A stretch of 64,000 nucleotides of DNA from Macrostomum lignano (GCA_002269645.1 NIVC01000894.1:248001-312000); one strand, 5' to 3'; counted from the stretch's first letter, positions 24,401 through 37,900 are shown. Translations and numbers: made by a program. Notes: generated by a model not told the origin, from the letters alone.

Positions 24401-25087
24401 TAAACAAACGACTCAGATAGACCTCAAGTACTCGTATTTCGAGCTCGTTAGCGCTACCGCCTTTTAAAAATCAAAACAGACTCGGTTAGGCTCAGTTGTT
24501 ATCGCGTGACTGGAGTAGAATGTACCTTTGTGCCCCACTATGAGTGCTGATTTGACGTTTGTTTTGTTCAGTTCGTAATAACAAAGGACTTTGCTGCTTT
24601 AATGTGAGTTTAGCTAGCCACTTACTGTAAGTAGAAAAGCTGTTGATTTTTTTTTGATTCCAGGTACTCCTAGAATGACGTAGATGCTTGATACAAGTTT
24701 TAGTTGCATAAGCCTCGGTTGTAGTTGTCTGTAGAAGCGGATGTTACTCGTAAAGAACGACGTAAAGAAATCAATTTTGTTACTCAGAGTAAATATATAA
24801 CTGAGCTGTCTGCCTAGCCATTTATTTAATAAAAATATTATAGTGATCACGCATACGCTTGAAATATACTCTTAATAATTACCAGAACGGCAACAGCCAC
24901 GAAAACCGCAGCGTGGTCGAAAGATCTGCTGCAGTATCAGTGAATCTCATCGTACGTTGTTTACTAAGGGGGTAGGTAATTGTCGGAACACACGACTACA
25001 AAAATTGGCCTGAAAATATCTTTATGTTTTAAGAATGGTGCTTAATTTCTTATAAAATGTTTGAGCACACCTGAATGCACGCAGCTC

Positions 25088-26701
25088 TCACTGGTACAGA
25101 GCCGCGGCCGCCGCTGCCTCATCCTCCGCCCGCTCAAGTTTTCGCTTTCGCTCTTCGGCCTCCTTGCGCTCCGTGGTCTTGCGCTCATCCTCTGGCGTGA
25201 CCAGACTGTGCCAGCGCGCGCTCGGGATGTCCTGCTTCTCAAGCACGTCTCTCCAGTGAAGCCGCTCGATGCTGTCTTTGTCTGCCTGCATCGACAGCGT
25301 CTGCGACCCGATCACCCGCTTAATACCGAGGGTCTCGGAGCGGTGCATCAGAGAGACTCTCAGACTGATGTACTCGCTCAGCTCTGTCTTGAATATGAAC
25401 TGTTCGTTGAAGTACGGATTTCTCGACGCCTTGATGAGCTTGGTGGACTGGATCGTCCGCCTGCTGCCGGGAACATGCAGTGCCAGCTTCACGTAGGTGT
25501 TCGGCAGGGTGTCGAAATCCGGCTCACCGAAGCGTTGAATGAACACGCCTTTGCACTCGATGACATGCACCCACAGGTACTTGTTCAATTTGTCCATTGT
25601 GCTGTAGCACAGAGCCAGGCAGATGTCACCAGGTCCATTGGCCTCCTCATTAATGCCTGCTTTCAAGTTTTTCGTGTACTCCACCTTCCTACCGAGGATG
25701 TCGTCCAGCTTCTCGCCCAGCTTGGCCAGCTTCAGCTCTCGGCGAGCGATCATCTGGTGCCGACTGCCGATGTCGTAGTCGTAGATCTCAAACTTGATGA
25801 CGGTTCGCCTGAGCAGCCGCTTATCCCTGATCTTGACTACCCGGGTGTAGTTGAAGGCCGGATTGACGGTGTTCTTCACTATTTTGGAGCGCTCAGAAGT
25901 TTGCCCTGCCGAGTGCGAGCGATGCTTCTTCTTGCCCGCAATGGAATCCTGCGACACGTGCATTACAAGGTAGGGATCGAGCTGCTTGAGATCCTTCGGT
26001 AAGCCGATGCAGCTGGTCGCGGTGATGATGAGCTCGCATGAGGGAACGTCGTACTCCAGCGAATAGTTAATGACGCCGTACGGAGGCTGCTCTTTGCCAA
26101 CAATGTCCAAATCTTTGAACGTCATACCGTATCCATCTTGCCGTTTCAAGCGTTGCCGTGAGCCGTCGTAGAAATCTTTAGAGCGGCAGCAGCAGCAGTA
26201 GATGATGAGAGCCAGCAGGGCGCAGAGCAGCAGCCCGGCGCCGCAGAGCACTGCGATCCAGGCGGCCAGCGGCATCACGGTCAGCAGGTGCGCGAACCAC
26301 TGCGGACTGAACAGACCCGCGGGGCTGGTGCCGTTCACTCTGCTGGAACTGTTGCTCCATATCGGCGTCACAGCTTCGTCCTTAAGTTCAAGCGTGGTTC
26401 CAGGCGGCGGTGGAGCCGCAGAGGTAGCCAGGCCGGAGGCGTAGGCCTTGGCGCCGGCCACGACATCGGCGAGGCTGGCTGGAGCTTTCCTGTCAGTCAG
26501 CGCCGGACTGTCGCCATCTTCTAGCCTAACTGCTGCTCGTCGTTCAAGCTCGGAGGCGATCAGCTCGCGGAGTTGCAGCAGCTCCTCTTCGAATTTATCC
26601 GAGGATTTGACAGCGGCGCTGGAGGCTTGCGAGGTCAGCAGAGAGGTTGTCAGCATCAGCAGTAGCAGATGGAGCAGCAGCTGCTGAGCCGGCTGAGCCA
26701 T
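25088..26701 (-). CDS. Intronless synaptotagmin-like protein (signal peptide, luminal region, TM helix, C2A, C2B), about 537 aa
   Basis: First ATG at 26701 (the ORF track starts at an upstream TTG). TM AAWIAVLCGAGLLLCALLALIIY followed by CCCC. C2A: LDPYL, KNTVNPAFN, IYDYD. C2B: GDICLALCY, NTYVKL, RNPYFNEQFIF. Confidence 0.88.
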   Translation of the reverse strand: MAQPAQQLLLHLLLLMLTTSLLTSQASSAAVKSSDKFEEELLQLRELIASELERRAAVRLEDGDSPALTDRKAPASLADVVAGAKAYASGLATSAAPPPPGTTLELKDEAVTPIWSNSSSRVNGTSPAGLFSPQWFAHLLTVMPLAAWIAVLCGAGLLLCALLALIIYCCCCRSKDFYDGSRQRLKRQDGYGMTFKDLDIVGKEQPPYGVINYSLEYDVPSCELIITATSCIGLPKDLKQLDPYLVMHVSQDSIAGKKKHRSHSAGQTSERSKIVKNTVNPAFNYTRVVKIRDKRLLRRTVIKFEIYDYDIGSRHQMIARRELKLAKLGEKLDDILGRKVEYTKNLKAGINEEANGPGDICLALCYSTMDKLNKYLWVHVIECKGVFIQRFGEPDFDTLPNTYVKLALHVPGSRRTIQSTKLIKASRNPYFNEQFIFKTELSEYISLRVSLMHRSETLGIKRVIGSQTLSMQADKDSIERLHWRDVLEKQDIPSARWHSLVTPEDERKTTERKEAEERKRKLERAEDEAAAAAALYQ

Positions 26702-28968
26702 CAGACGGGTCGTCGACGCCACGTCCCCGCCCGTAGCTGCGGCGCGACCCAACCCTGCCGCCTGACTCAGCCTGTTGTTGGCTTGTTTTCGCCCGACAAT
26801 GGCTATTTCCGAAGTCGCGTTCAAGAGCTCGGAGCGAGCAAAACAACAAAATTACACAAACAGCTCAAAGCCGGAAACTTGAGCGCATAGACGATCTCTC
26901 GGTTGTAAATAAATACACATTGCTGGCATCTCACTTCTGTCTCCTACATTAGCCTTGCAGGGCGAAGGGTTCGGGGCGGGAGGAATGCGTGTTTTACGAA
27001 CGCGTGCCGCAGCGAGAGCTGTGTGCAGCGCCGCCTTGCTTGGGGGTCAATAACACGGTGGCCTAAAACGCCTTAGCCAGTGCTTTTCTTCTCAGCCTCT
27101 GCTTAGTGTTCTGTGAGCGGCTCTGTGCTCAAGTTCAGCTGGCATTAGAGAGCTTCTTTTGTCCACTCCTTGCTGTAGCGATGCTCAATGGCAATGGACC
27201 CCTCTCTGCCCCCCACATATTCTACTCTGTGACAGTGGCTGTGTCAGGGCTTCTTCTATCTCTTTTAAAAAGACAGGGCTAGTAGGAAAGAGAGAAAAAG
27301 ATTTTCAGAGAGCGTTCAGCCTTTTGTATCAGGCTTTAACTTTCTAGCTAATGTCAAGTTCATCCAAAATTCAGTGTTGAGCAAAGAAAGAAAAGGAATG
27401 TTAAACGATGATTAATTTCTTGCAAAAGAAATCTTCACGAAAAAAGCCTCATATTTTCTATGGCTCTAGATTTCTGATACGATCAAAATCACGAGTCTAA
27501 TTTAATTTTTAAACTGTAATCTTATAGTTTAATCTAGACAAACTTTAATAAACTTCCAGACCGAGTAGAAAATGTCTTCTTAAAGAAGCGTCCCGGTGCG
27601 ATAATTCAATGCAAATATTTGAAATTTAAACAAACCAGCGGCTTGGCTGGAACCGTCTGGGCTGGAGGTAAGAGAGAGTTGAGGTGACGAAAGGCTGCCG
27701 TAAAAATAGAAACGAGGCTATGAGCGTATAACAAACAGCCCTCTCAGTTTGAGCAGATCTGCGTAGGCAGGAGGTAGATAGAAACACTGGAAAAGACAGA
27801 CAGAAAAAGATGGAGACGCCTCTCGAAATAAAAGACTATTTAGAAAGCTTGCTTGTTCAGACTTGTATAGGATCTCCGGGATTTGCAGTGGGCCTTCATA
27901 CTCCAGGATGCATAAATGCTCGCAATATCCTACATACAAGCTGCGGACTATTGATGCAGTTACGAACTTCATACTATATCCTCATGCCAGCATAAAAAAC
28001 TGTCCAATTGTAGTTGAAAAAATTCAGATTCTCGAAAACTTTACGTGCAGTTAATATGCGACATTTTGAAACTACTACGACCAGCAGCATGTTATAGTTG
28101 ACTCTATACTGATTGTGTGAATCTTTGCAGAGAAAAGTTTTTACTAGCGATAAACAGCTTCTGTAGAGTCTGACAAAATTTACTATAACAAACTTAAGTA
28201 AGAAAACTTGTGTATACACTAAAATGCCTGAACGAGGTGAAACTTGATCAGAATTAAAATTAGCCTTAAAAAGTGAACTAGCAACGGTACCTACCTGTCC
28301 GGGGGTTTCTGCAATACAAAAGTAGTGAAACTACCTTAATTATCTTATCGGTAAACTTTGTTAATCTGCCTAAATACGACGTCTCCATTTGGTGCTTTGA
28401 GTTGGCTTACGTTAGAGTTTGTAAATATCCAACAAATGCCTACTAATAGTAGTTGGATTGCAAAGCTATGGTGGTTTGGGGCTGCATGCGCCGGCTTATC
28501 TATTAAGAAAGTAAAGCGCAGAAAAAGCGATTTAGCTTGAACTGGATTGGATTGCCATTGCCATTGCCATTCCATAAACATTCTGCCGTGCCATTCGAAT
28601 AAGCATGCAGATACCATCGAACGCCTCTCCTCATTTCTGGCAGTGCCAGCCTATGCTGCGCAGAACGAGCTACAGTGTTCACGGCTCCGTAACTTGTGCA
28701 AACTGTACTTTGATATCTGACTATGCTTGTATTAGCTCAGCTGTGCATGGAATTTGGCACGCTCGAGTGGAATGTGTTTGTAAGACTTATAACCAGATTT
28801 TCTACCACTGCCTGGCGAAGTTAATTCGGCTGTGTGTAGCTAGCTATTAATAATATATTAGACAGACTTTGCGTTTAGAAACTGCTAGCGCAGATCGCAC
28901 TAACTTTTAACTCCTTATTATCTGCTAACAAGGGTTTACTTCTCCTAGACCGATACAGACCGCAAAAT

Positions 28969-31900
28969 ATGGTGAAAATCGACAAAGACGAAATATTGGC
29001 CGCCTACGAGGATGTGAGAGACGACAAAACTGACACGCATTGGTGAGTCGGCGGTTATAATGCCAAACAAAAGTGCCAAAGTTTTTTGTTTTAACGCTGA
29101 TACATTGTGCCACCTACCTGTACCATACTTTCTTCTCATTACGATCTTTCTAATATCTAATATCGTCCCTAATGTTATAATATATAATTCATAGATATTG
29201 AATCATCTTGATGTAACAGCATTTGTTAAAAGGAGCAAGTCAAGAGCAGAGAGTATGTGAGGCGAGACAAAAGTGCCAAGTGCACTGACAAACACATTGA
29301 GACGATTTATTATAAGCGAGGTTCAATAGCAGCCTTCCCAACGCAAGGGCTAAAACACCAGCAGTGTACATTACAATCACAATAGAGCTGAGACGTGCAA
29401 AGAGCGTGAGCAATGGACAATGAGCACACGCACATAGTTAAAATCACAAATGATACGCGGAGTAAAAGCGCACGCCCAACCCCCCCCCCACGCAACAGGC
29501 CTAACAGTAGTTCATTGTGCCATAGACATTTGTGTCCTTGACAAAGTGGGACAGAATAATCGGGCATTAAGTATAAGTTAAGAAATTTCTCGAGTCACGA
29601 AGGAAGAGAAGAGAGAAGCTCGCTTATTTAGATACATACAATAATCATTGCAGTATGTCCGGGAGAGTGATCGATTAAATCCCGCAAAATAAAATCTATG
29701 TCAATAACCTCCCTGAAAGTGAGTTTTAAAGTGGTTTAAATGTTATTAACTGCCCGCTAATTTCGATATTTCTTTCCTGCAAGCGGGCCTAAATGTAGTC
29801 TATGGCTTTAAAAGGCAAGAATAAGTGCCTAGCGGGCACAAAGGTCATGGTAAAATATTAACATTCATTTTTGAAAGGCATTAATTTCCAATTCAGAGGG
29901 CGCCTATTGGAATTGTTTCTCCTTGATCTGTGTGCATCAATGTATTGATACATTCAATAAAAGAGTTTGAAGACACTGCCAATTATTATTCAACCATATG
30001 CTTCTACTTTTGTCTATGGTCAAAACACCGTCTCAGGTCTATGGCCCAGGCACAGACAAGGCATTGAATTCACGACACAGAAAGCCGTAAAACTCAGGGC
30101 AAGGCATGCCCGACGTGCAAATGGAGCTGGAGGGTCCGACAAAAGCGTCACAAAATACACACTTTTTGTCTATTGTTTCTGAGTTTAAAGTCTGAATTTA
30201 ACTGCTCGATGTCTGAAATTCAATGCTCTCCCCAAAGTGTATAATTTTAGCACTTTATGACGGTATTCCTAATTAGACAGAAGCAACAGAGCTACAACCT
30301 GGTAGTTATGAAAGCACATAGACATATAAGGGTAGCCCTGCCCAACAAATAAAACAGCTAATTTATGATTAGTTAGCTATATAAATGTAACGCGTTGTAA
30401 ATTGGCTCTCACTGACGAACGCTGGAGTTCAAACTAACAAACAAAAGAGCATAAAAGTCACACACCAGAGAGAAAAATGGCATCCCCATCAACGGCTACT
30501 CAAAACAATGAGAATTCGAAGAAGGTCTCTGTTAGGCAAGCGAAGCGAGAGATGATGATGAAATTGCCCGGGTACCTCGAAGCCGTCAAGCGAGTGCATC
30601 GGGAGCGAGGTGTCATACTGCCCAGGGACTACGACTACAGCTACACGCTCAGAGAGGCGCTCTGCATCTACAAGTAGTGAGTACAAGAAACCTCCCGGTG
30701 TTTTGTGGCGCTGCAACCGCTCATATTAGCCCCTCAATATAGTCCAAGTCAGGATGCCGTTGACACCTATACTCAGCAACATTGAAAAGTCGCCAATCTA
30801 TGCGCCAGTGAGAAATTTCTCCTGGACTATTCTGAAGTAAAATATACGAGAAAACTGATCGATCGGGGTAGCTTTAATCCGTCCAACCCTCGCACACCGC
30901 TCCCCTCCCACTTCATTCCTCAACTCAAGTCTGCCACGGCGTGGCTAAGTTGCATCACTCGCAAAGATTGAGAGACTTTACCTGCACTCTCAAAAGTGGC
31001 GACCACAAACGGAATCTTCTGTGATGGCGATTTTTCGATTTTGCTGAGTATACATGTATTAATAAACAGGGAGGCTTGTTTTATCAGTTAGTCTCTCCCA
31101 GAACGTCTGTAAGAACGCTTTCTCTGAAACTGCATCTTGCCTCAATTTAACTCCTGCAGCCGGTTCCTCCAGCAAGAAATCAAAGCGTCGAAGATTCTCT
31201 GCCAAAGCTTGTTGAGCGCCAACGCATCCCGCTTCAGCACGGCTATGAAGGCCCGACAAAGTACGCAGAACTCCTACCAAAGGATGAGCACCAAGAAGTG
31301 AAGTTTAGCAAAGGCACTGCATAAAGCAAACACCATTTCGTTTACTACCAATTTTTTTCACCTGGGAGCATCGAGCAGATCTCTAGTTTTCCTTGGTTAA
31401 TAATTAAAAAATCTGTTTTTTTTCGCTGTGAAAGTGAAGTAAACTACGACAAGATTCGTGTGCATTTATAATACTTTTAAATTCGATTCTTCTTTTGATT
31501 TTTTACTGTAAAGTTCTACAGGTACGGTTCATAAAACTCTGGATAAGAATATTTCATAAGATGAAGGTTAAGAGACTCGTAACTCAAAAGCTATGGTCGC
31601 CAAGACGGGCTCACCATCATAAAAGCGACAAAATCATAATTCTGAAAGTGCTAGCAATGTGCTTAGTTTTTGGAGTTATGATATTTCGGGTTTGTGATGG
31701 GAAGTGCTTTTGGAGTTGTGATATGTGACGGTCCCGTCGCCAATAGGGGAGAGCCTAACCAAGACGGTCAGTCGAGAGGCTTTAGCGTAAGTTTAAAAAA
31801 AATTGAACTTCAAAAAGAACACGCCGCCAACATTTCAGGCTAGTTCTGAAGTACAACGAAGAAGGAGATATCGAGCTAGCAGCAAAGGGTTCCGAATTTG

Positions 31901-32941
31901 CCGAATTTCGCAGTCAGTTTGTTGGTAAGCGTCAGTGTAATTATCCAATTTTAATACGAGTCCCCGCCATCACAGACCGAGTACCATAATGATGCTAGAA
32001 CTAAGGACACCGAAAAGTACGCGAGTTTTAGATTAGAAACTGCATGAGAATGAAACTTCCCATTGGAAGTAATAGATGTAGGGTAATAGATGTAGCGCCA
32101 CTAGAGTAATAGATGTGACGCCACTAGGGTAATAGATGTAGCGCCATTAGGGCAATAGATGTGGCGCCACTAGGGTAATAGATGTAGCGCCACTAGGGTA
32201 ATAAATGTGGCGCCATCAGGGCAATAGATGTGGCGCCACTAGGGTAATAGATGCGGCGCCACTAGGGTAATAAATAAGACCAGTAGACCACTGACCCATC
32301 AAAGAAGCATTAATTAAGTCACAAAAAACTCCTGCAGACAACGAGCGCACCTACGGATTCCTGCGGCAGTACACTGGCGACGAGCTGAGCAAGCGGGCTA
32401 AGTTCGTCTTCATCACCTGGATTGGCACCGGCGTGTCGCCGTTGAAGCGAGCCAAAACTGGCGCCGAGAAGACCATGGTTAAAGAGATCATCAAGGTAAG
32501 AGATGATGAATTCTCGGCCCATAGTTGTCTGCACAGAGGAAATAATAAAACATCGATAACACCGAATAAATTCTAATCCATAACTCACTGGAACAACGAT
32601 CTTAACCTCCAAGGCTTTTTGCCTTCGTCTTCTACATTAGCTTTAGCAGAAGTTAAAATAAGCAAAACAACCCTCCAGCGCCAAGATGGCCGCAGCCCTT
32701 GCATCACTTTTTGATTTTTTAAGAGTTTTTCCAGGGAGAAGCAGACATCGAGAACACAAGCCAAGGCACGACTGACGCTTGTACCATTCGAAGATCAGAA
32801 TAACCTTCCTTTCTGTCCTTTCAGAGCTTCGCAGTCGAATGTTTGTTCGGCGAAGAGAACGCCGAGAACTTCACCGAGGAGTACATCAAGGAACTGCTGG
32901 TGAAGGCTGGTGGAGCCAACTATGGCACCGGAGAGCGTTGA
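28969..32941 (+). CDS. COTL1: Coactosin-like protein (ADF-H domain), 144 aa, 4 exons
   Basis: Exons 28969-29042, 31839-31924, 32338-32495, 32825-32941, phases compatible. MVKIDKDEILAAYEDVRDD, GDELSKRAKFVFITWIG, RAKTG and KAGGANY are coactosin signatures. Confidence 0.93.
30477..30677 (+). CDS. Candidate 66-aa ORF nested in coactosin intron 1
   Basis: GC-rich ATG ORF with AAAAATGG context and an upstream CTATATAAA (~30378) in AT-rich DNA; no recognisable domain. Confidence 0.3.
   Translation: MASPSTATQNNENSKKVSVRQAKREMMMKLPGYLEAVKRVHRERGVILPRDYDYSYTLREALCIYK
30772..31048. mobile_element. TA-flanked MITE, copy 2
   Basis: Same terminal inverted repeats as 10469-10753. Confidence 0.75.
32078..32275. 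repeat. 23-bp minisatellite (TAGATGTAGCGCCACTAGGGTAA), about 8-9 units, in coactosin intron 2
   Basis: Visible; the flank is homologous to the flank of the 33738 array. Confidence 0.9.
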
Positions 32942-33737
32942 GTTCTGCGACATTCATAAATAATAATTATTCATGATTATTAGGACAAAGACTGTTATTC
33001 ATATCTGAAATGGTGCGCTTTAATAACTAATTTTCGTAGTACTTATGTAGGCTTACGAGTATATAGGTTGACAATAATTAGTATCTCAGTATCTAAAATC
33101 TACACAAAGCAAATCCTACTTATTAAACACTATATAAATATTAATAAATTTAGAAGAATCAACTCTAAAAATAAAAACAAATAAATGAATGACACTAGAG
33201 GTACTCTAACGGTTGCTCAAATTTTGGTTTTGTATCCAAAAAATGTTTCTTCATTTATATTTCAACAGAAAATAGGCTGGTCAAATGAATATTTTATTTC
33301 AACGGATCGGTATTTATTAAGCTGACACTGTCAAATACTACATAAGCCAAGGTAACAATAAGATGGTAAAAAATATTCAATAACAAAACTTAACAATTGG
33401 ATGAAGTCAATAAGCTTAGGTAATAAATGATTGCGAGGATGGCAATTCAAAGCACAAACAATGTATTCAACTACGATTGAGGTGTTAGAGGAAGTAGGAT
33501 TTAAAAGTTCCCCAAATCTGGATAAACAGCTACAGGTGATAATTTACTAACTAAGAAAACAAATAAAAACCGCGCGCGAGTACCATACTGATGCTAAATC
33601 TAAGGATACTTAAGAGTACCAGTTTTAGATTAGAAGACTGCATGAAAATGAGACTACCTATTGTCGGCATTTATTCCTAAAGCTACATGATGTTCCATTA
33701 CATTGTCAGGTTGTCTTCACAGAATCATTAAGGTGAT

Positions 33738-34742
33738 ACTATAGATGTAGCGCCACTAGGGTTATAGATGTAGCGCCACTAGGGTTATAGATGTAACGCC
33801 ACTAGTGTTATAGATGTAGCGCCACTACGGTTATAGATGTAGCGCCACTAGGGTTATAGATGTAGCGCCACTAGGGTAATAGATGTAGCGCCACTAGGGT
33901 TATAGATGTAGCGCCACTAGGGTAATAGATGTAGCGCCACTAGGGTTATAGATGTAGCGCCACTAGGGTTATAGATGTAGCGCCACTAGGGTTATAGATG
34001 TAGCGCCACTAGGGTTATAGATGTAGCGCCACTAGGGTTATAGATGTAGCGCCACTAGGGTTATAGATGTAGCGCCACTAGGGTTATAGATGTAGCGCCA
34101 CTAGGGTAATAGATGTAGCGCCACTAGGGTTATAGATGTAGCGCCACTAGGGTAATAGATGTAGCGCCACTAGGGTTATAGATGTAGCGCCACAAGGGTT
34201 ATAGATGTAGCGCCACTAGGGTTATAGATGTAGCGCCACTAGGGTTATAGATGTAGCGCCACTAGGGTAATCGATTGGGCGCCACTAGGGTTATAGATGT
34301 AGCGCCACTAGGGTTATAGATGTAGCGCCACTAGGGTAATAGATGTAGCGCCACTAGGGTTATAGATGTAGCGCCACTAGGGTAATAGATGTAGCGCCAC
34401 TAGGGTTATAGATGTAGCGCCACTAGGGTTATAGATGTAGCGCCACTAGGGTTATAGATGTAGCGCCACTAGGGTTATAGATGTAGCGCCACTAGGGTAA
34501 TCGATTGGGCGCCACTAGGGTTATAGATGTAGCGCCACTAGGGTTATAGATGTAGCGCCACTAGGTTTATAGATGTAGCGCCACTAGGGTTATAGATGTA
34601 GCGCCACTAGGGTTATAGATGTAGCGCCACTAGGGTTATAGATGTAACGCCACTAGGGTTATAGATGTAGCGCCACTAGGGTTATAGATGTAGCGCCACT
34701 AGGGTTATAGATGTAGCGCCACTAGGGTTATAGATGTAGCGT
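33738..34742. repeat. 23-bp minisatellite (ATAGATGTAGCGCCACTAGGGTT), about 44 units
   Basis: Very homogeneous; variant TCGATTGGGC recurs at 34271 and 34501, exactly 10 units apart. Confidence 0.95.
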
Positions 34743-34916
34743 CACTTTTTAATAGACTTTGCACCAAAATGGCACCATGGGGTTGCAAGAGACGAACCAG
34801 GAGTGTCTTTATGACCTAGTTTAAAAAATCAATTTTCCATGCCCCAGTCAGTATATTTGCGGGGTCGCCAGCCAAATAAAAAGTGCAGCAAGTCACCTAA
34901 CTATAAAAGAGAGCAG

Positions 34917-37900
34917 TTATTCCTGCCGGTCCTGCAGTATGTGGGTCTGATGAAAATTAGCCAAAGTTTTGTCCAAAAAGGCTGCCTGATTTTTCAGCCG
35001 CTTAGCGGTTGAGCAGACCTCCTCTAGCCTGCGGATGAGGCGTTCCAGCCTCTCCGCTTCGGACATTTTCGAAGCCTCCTCAGATTCGACCTCATGCAGC
35101 AGTTTCTTCTGGCACATGACCAGCTCCTGGCGAACCTGATGCGAAGCGTTAGACGACGTTAAATCGACAATAAGCCGCAGCTTAGCCGTGGCATAGTCCA
35201 CATACTGCCGCTTGAACAGGCGCTCCCTGGCACGGCCGGTCCATGTCAGCCGCTCGTACAGGTACAGGCCTCCGTAAACCGCGCCGCAGACTGCCAACAC
35301 CCGCCAGCCTGTGGCTTTGAACACGACGCCAACGACTGCCACGGCGCCGAGGGTGTTCCGAGACATCAACGACGGGAAAGCGGCCAGGAGCAGGGGAAAC
35401 TGGGCAGCTAGAGGCGCCGCTTGATGAAGCTGCTGCTGCTGCTGTTGATGATGATAATGCTGCTGAATGCTGGAGGCTGCGGCCGAGGCCAGAGCGTTCG
35501 AAGTGTTCGACGGAGTTCGAGGGGTGGCCGCGGAGGCCTGTAGAACCACCTGCTGCGATTCGTGTGGCTTGCGGCCCTGCAGGTGGGGGTTGTGTTAGAT
35601 GGAGAGCTAGAATAAAAATTTCGCATTGGGTAATTTTTTGTCCCGATAAAAACGGTATCCAAGCTAAGAAGCACCCCGGAGTCGTTGCAAGACAGGGGGG
35701 GGGGACATGTCCCTCCGCAGTAAAATCTATGAGGGGGACATGTCAATGCTTTGCTCACCACTACTCCACCCCTTCAGATCCGTTGCGGTAATCAATAATT
35801 TTTCTTCAGGGCGCAAAATATAGCGCCTTTGGCGCTAAAATGAGCGCTGACAACACCGATTCTCAATATAATGAACATGTAGGAATTTAGTCATGAACAT
35901 GTACATGTTGAATTCTTGGCTCTGTCCCTCACATCATAAAATCAATGGCGATTTGGCGACGCCCCTGACTCAGGTTAAATAAGAACTATAGAGTCACTAT
36001 TTAGCCGTAGAGTCCTATCCGAGGCGTGCCGGAGTCGCTGTAGATTCACTGAGTTGCGTCTCAAGCGCATCTGCGTCACTTTATGAATAGGAGTCGCATT
36101 TCGCATTTTCGATTGTGCAGCGTACGGTACCGGGACCCGTACGGTACCGGGACAAGAATTGAAGCAACTCTTGATACTTTTTAACAACTCAAACACATCT
36201 GATGCGACGGAGAGGCAACACAACTGTTGCGTCACAAGCGCGTCACGTCAGTTGCAGAACCGTAACAGAGTCGCCATAGAGTCGTCCAAGAACTGTCGTT
36301 TCAGAGTCGCAGGCAATAAAAAAAGCTTTAAAGTGATTCTTGGGCGATTCTTTGACGACTTTTTGACGGCTTGTACCATGTACCTTGTAGCATTCAGTCG
36401 TTAAAAAGTCACAGGAGTCGCCCCATAGTTGCTTGAGTCACTAGTAGTGCATTGTTGGGAATGTAATGACTCTAACGATTCGTGTCACGGCAACGCTTTT
36501 AAACGGGCATGCATTGTGAGACATCTTACAAACTATCCCTGTTCTCATAGCAACACCTTCCCCCTAGCAACCAACCTGAAGCCTAGCCAGCAGAGCGGTA
36601 GGACTAAGCGAAAATCGAAATTCGATATCTTCGCGAAAATCGGCGCAGATATTCCGGCAATCGATGTGAAACGCCGGTTCCCAATGGGCCAGGCCGGGCT
36701 GCACATGTGCCTGCATTCTCTGCCGTGTCTCCTGCCCCACCAGAGCGGTGTACCGGTCCTGCATTGCTGTCAGGCCTCGCCGAACCTCCTTGGCCAGCTG
36801 TCTGGCGCAGTTCTCTGTTAATCGCAGGCCCAGCGTTCGCTCCACGTGCTCGTTCAGCTCCTTTTTGTAGACGACCAGTGACATGCTGTCCGGGTGGAAC
36901 GGCCGGTCAAAGTCGTCCACAATTTCCACTAGGCGGCGGATCTCTTCAGACAGGGTGCCGGCCACCTTGCGCTCGATGCCCTCCAGCGTCTGGCGGATGT
37001 CCCGCTCGGTGCTGGCCGCGACCTGCGGATGCGTGGGGAGATTGCGGCGTGATGCTGGATAAAGGGATGCGAGATGCTGGATAAAGGGGTGTAAGATGCT
37101 GGATGAAGGGAAGTGAGATGCTGGATAAAGGAGTGTAAGATGCTGGATGAAGGGAAGTGAGATGCTGGATAAAGGAGTGTAAGATGCTGGATGAAGGAAT
37201 ACAGAGACACTGGATAAAGGAATACAGACACTGCATAAAGGAATACAGACACATACAGACACTGGATCGAGGGAAACAGGCACTGGATGAAGGGATGCAG
37301 GCACTGGATGAAGGGATGCAGGCACTGGATGAAGGGATACAGGCACTGGATGAAGGGATGCAGACACTGGATGAAGGGATGCAGGCAGTGGATGAGGGGA
37401 TGCAGGCACTGGATAAAGGAATACAGATACTGGATAAAGGAATACAGACACTGGATAAAGAAATACAGAAACTGGATGAAGGGATGTGAGATGCTGGATG
37501 AAGGAATACAGACACTGGATCGATGGATACAGGCACTGCATAAAGGGATGCAGGCACTGGATGAAGGGATGTGAGACACTGGATGAACGGACGCAGGCAC
37601 TGGATGAAGGGATACAGGCACTGGATGAAGGGATGCAGACACTGGATGAAGAGATGCAGGCAGTGGATGAGGGGATGCAGGCACTGGATAAAGGAATACA
37701 GATACTGGATAAAGGAATACAGACACTGGATGAAGGGATACAGACACTGGATGAAGGGATACAGACACTGGATGAAGGGATGCAGGCAGTGGATGAGGGG
37801 ATGCAGGCACTGGATAAAGGAATACAGATACTGGATAAAGGAATACAGACACTGGATAAAGGAATACAGAAACTGGATGAAGGGATGTGAGATGCTGGAT

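Noticed and set aside
25061-26002. 313-aa plus-strand ORF
   Set aside because: Antisense shadow of the GC-rich synaptotagmin-like CDS; the same applies to the plus-strand ORFs over the kinase, ankyrin and TRAF genes.
33738-34742. CRISPR-like array or CTCF-site array
   Set aside because: The units are contiguous with no unique spacers and the context is eukaryotic. CCCTAGTGGCGC only partly matches the CTCF motif.
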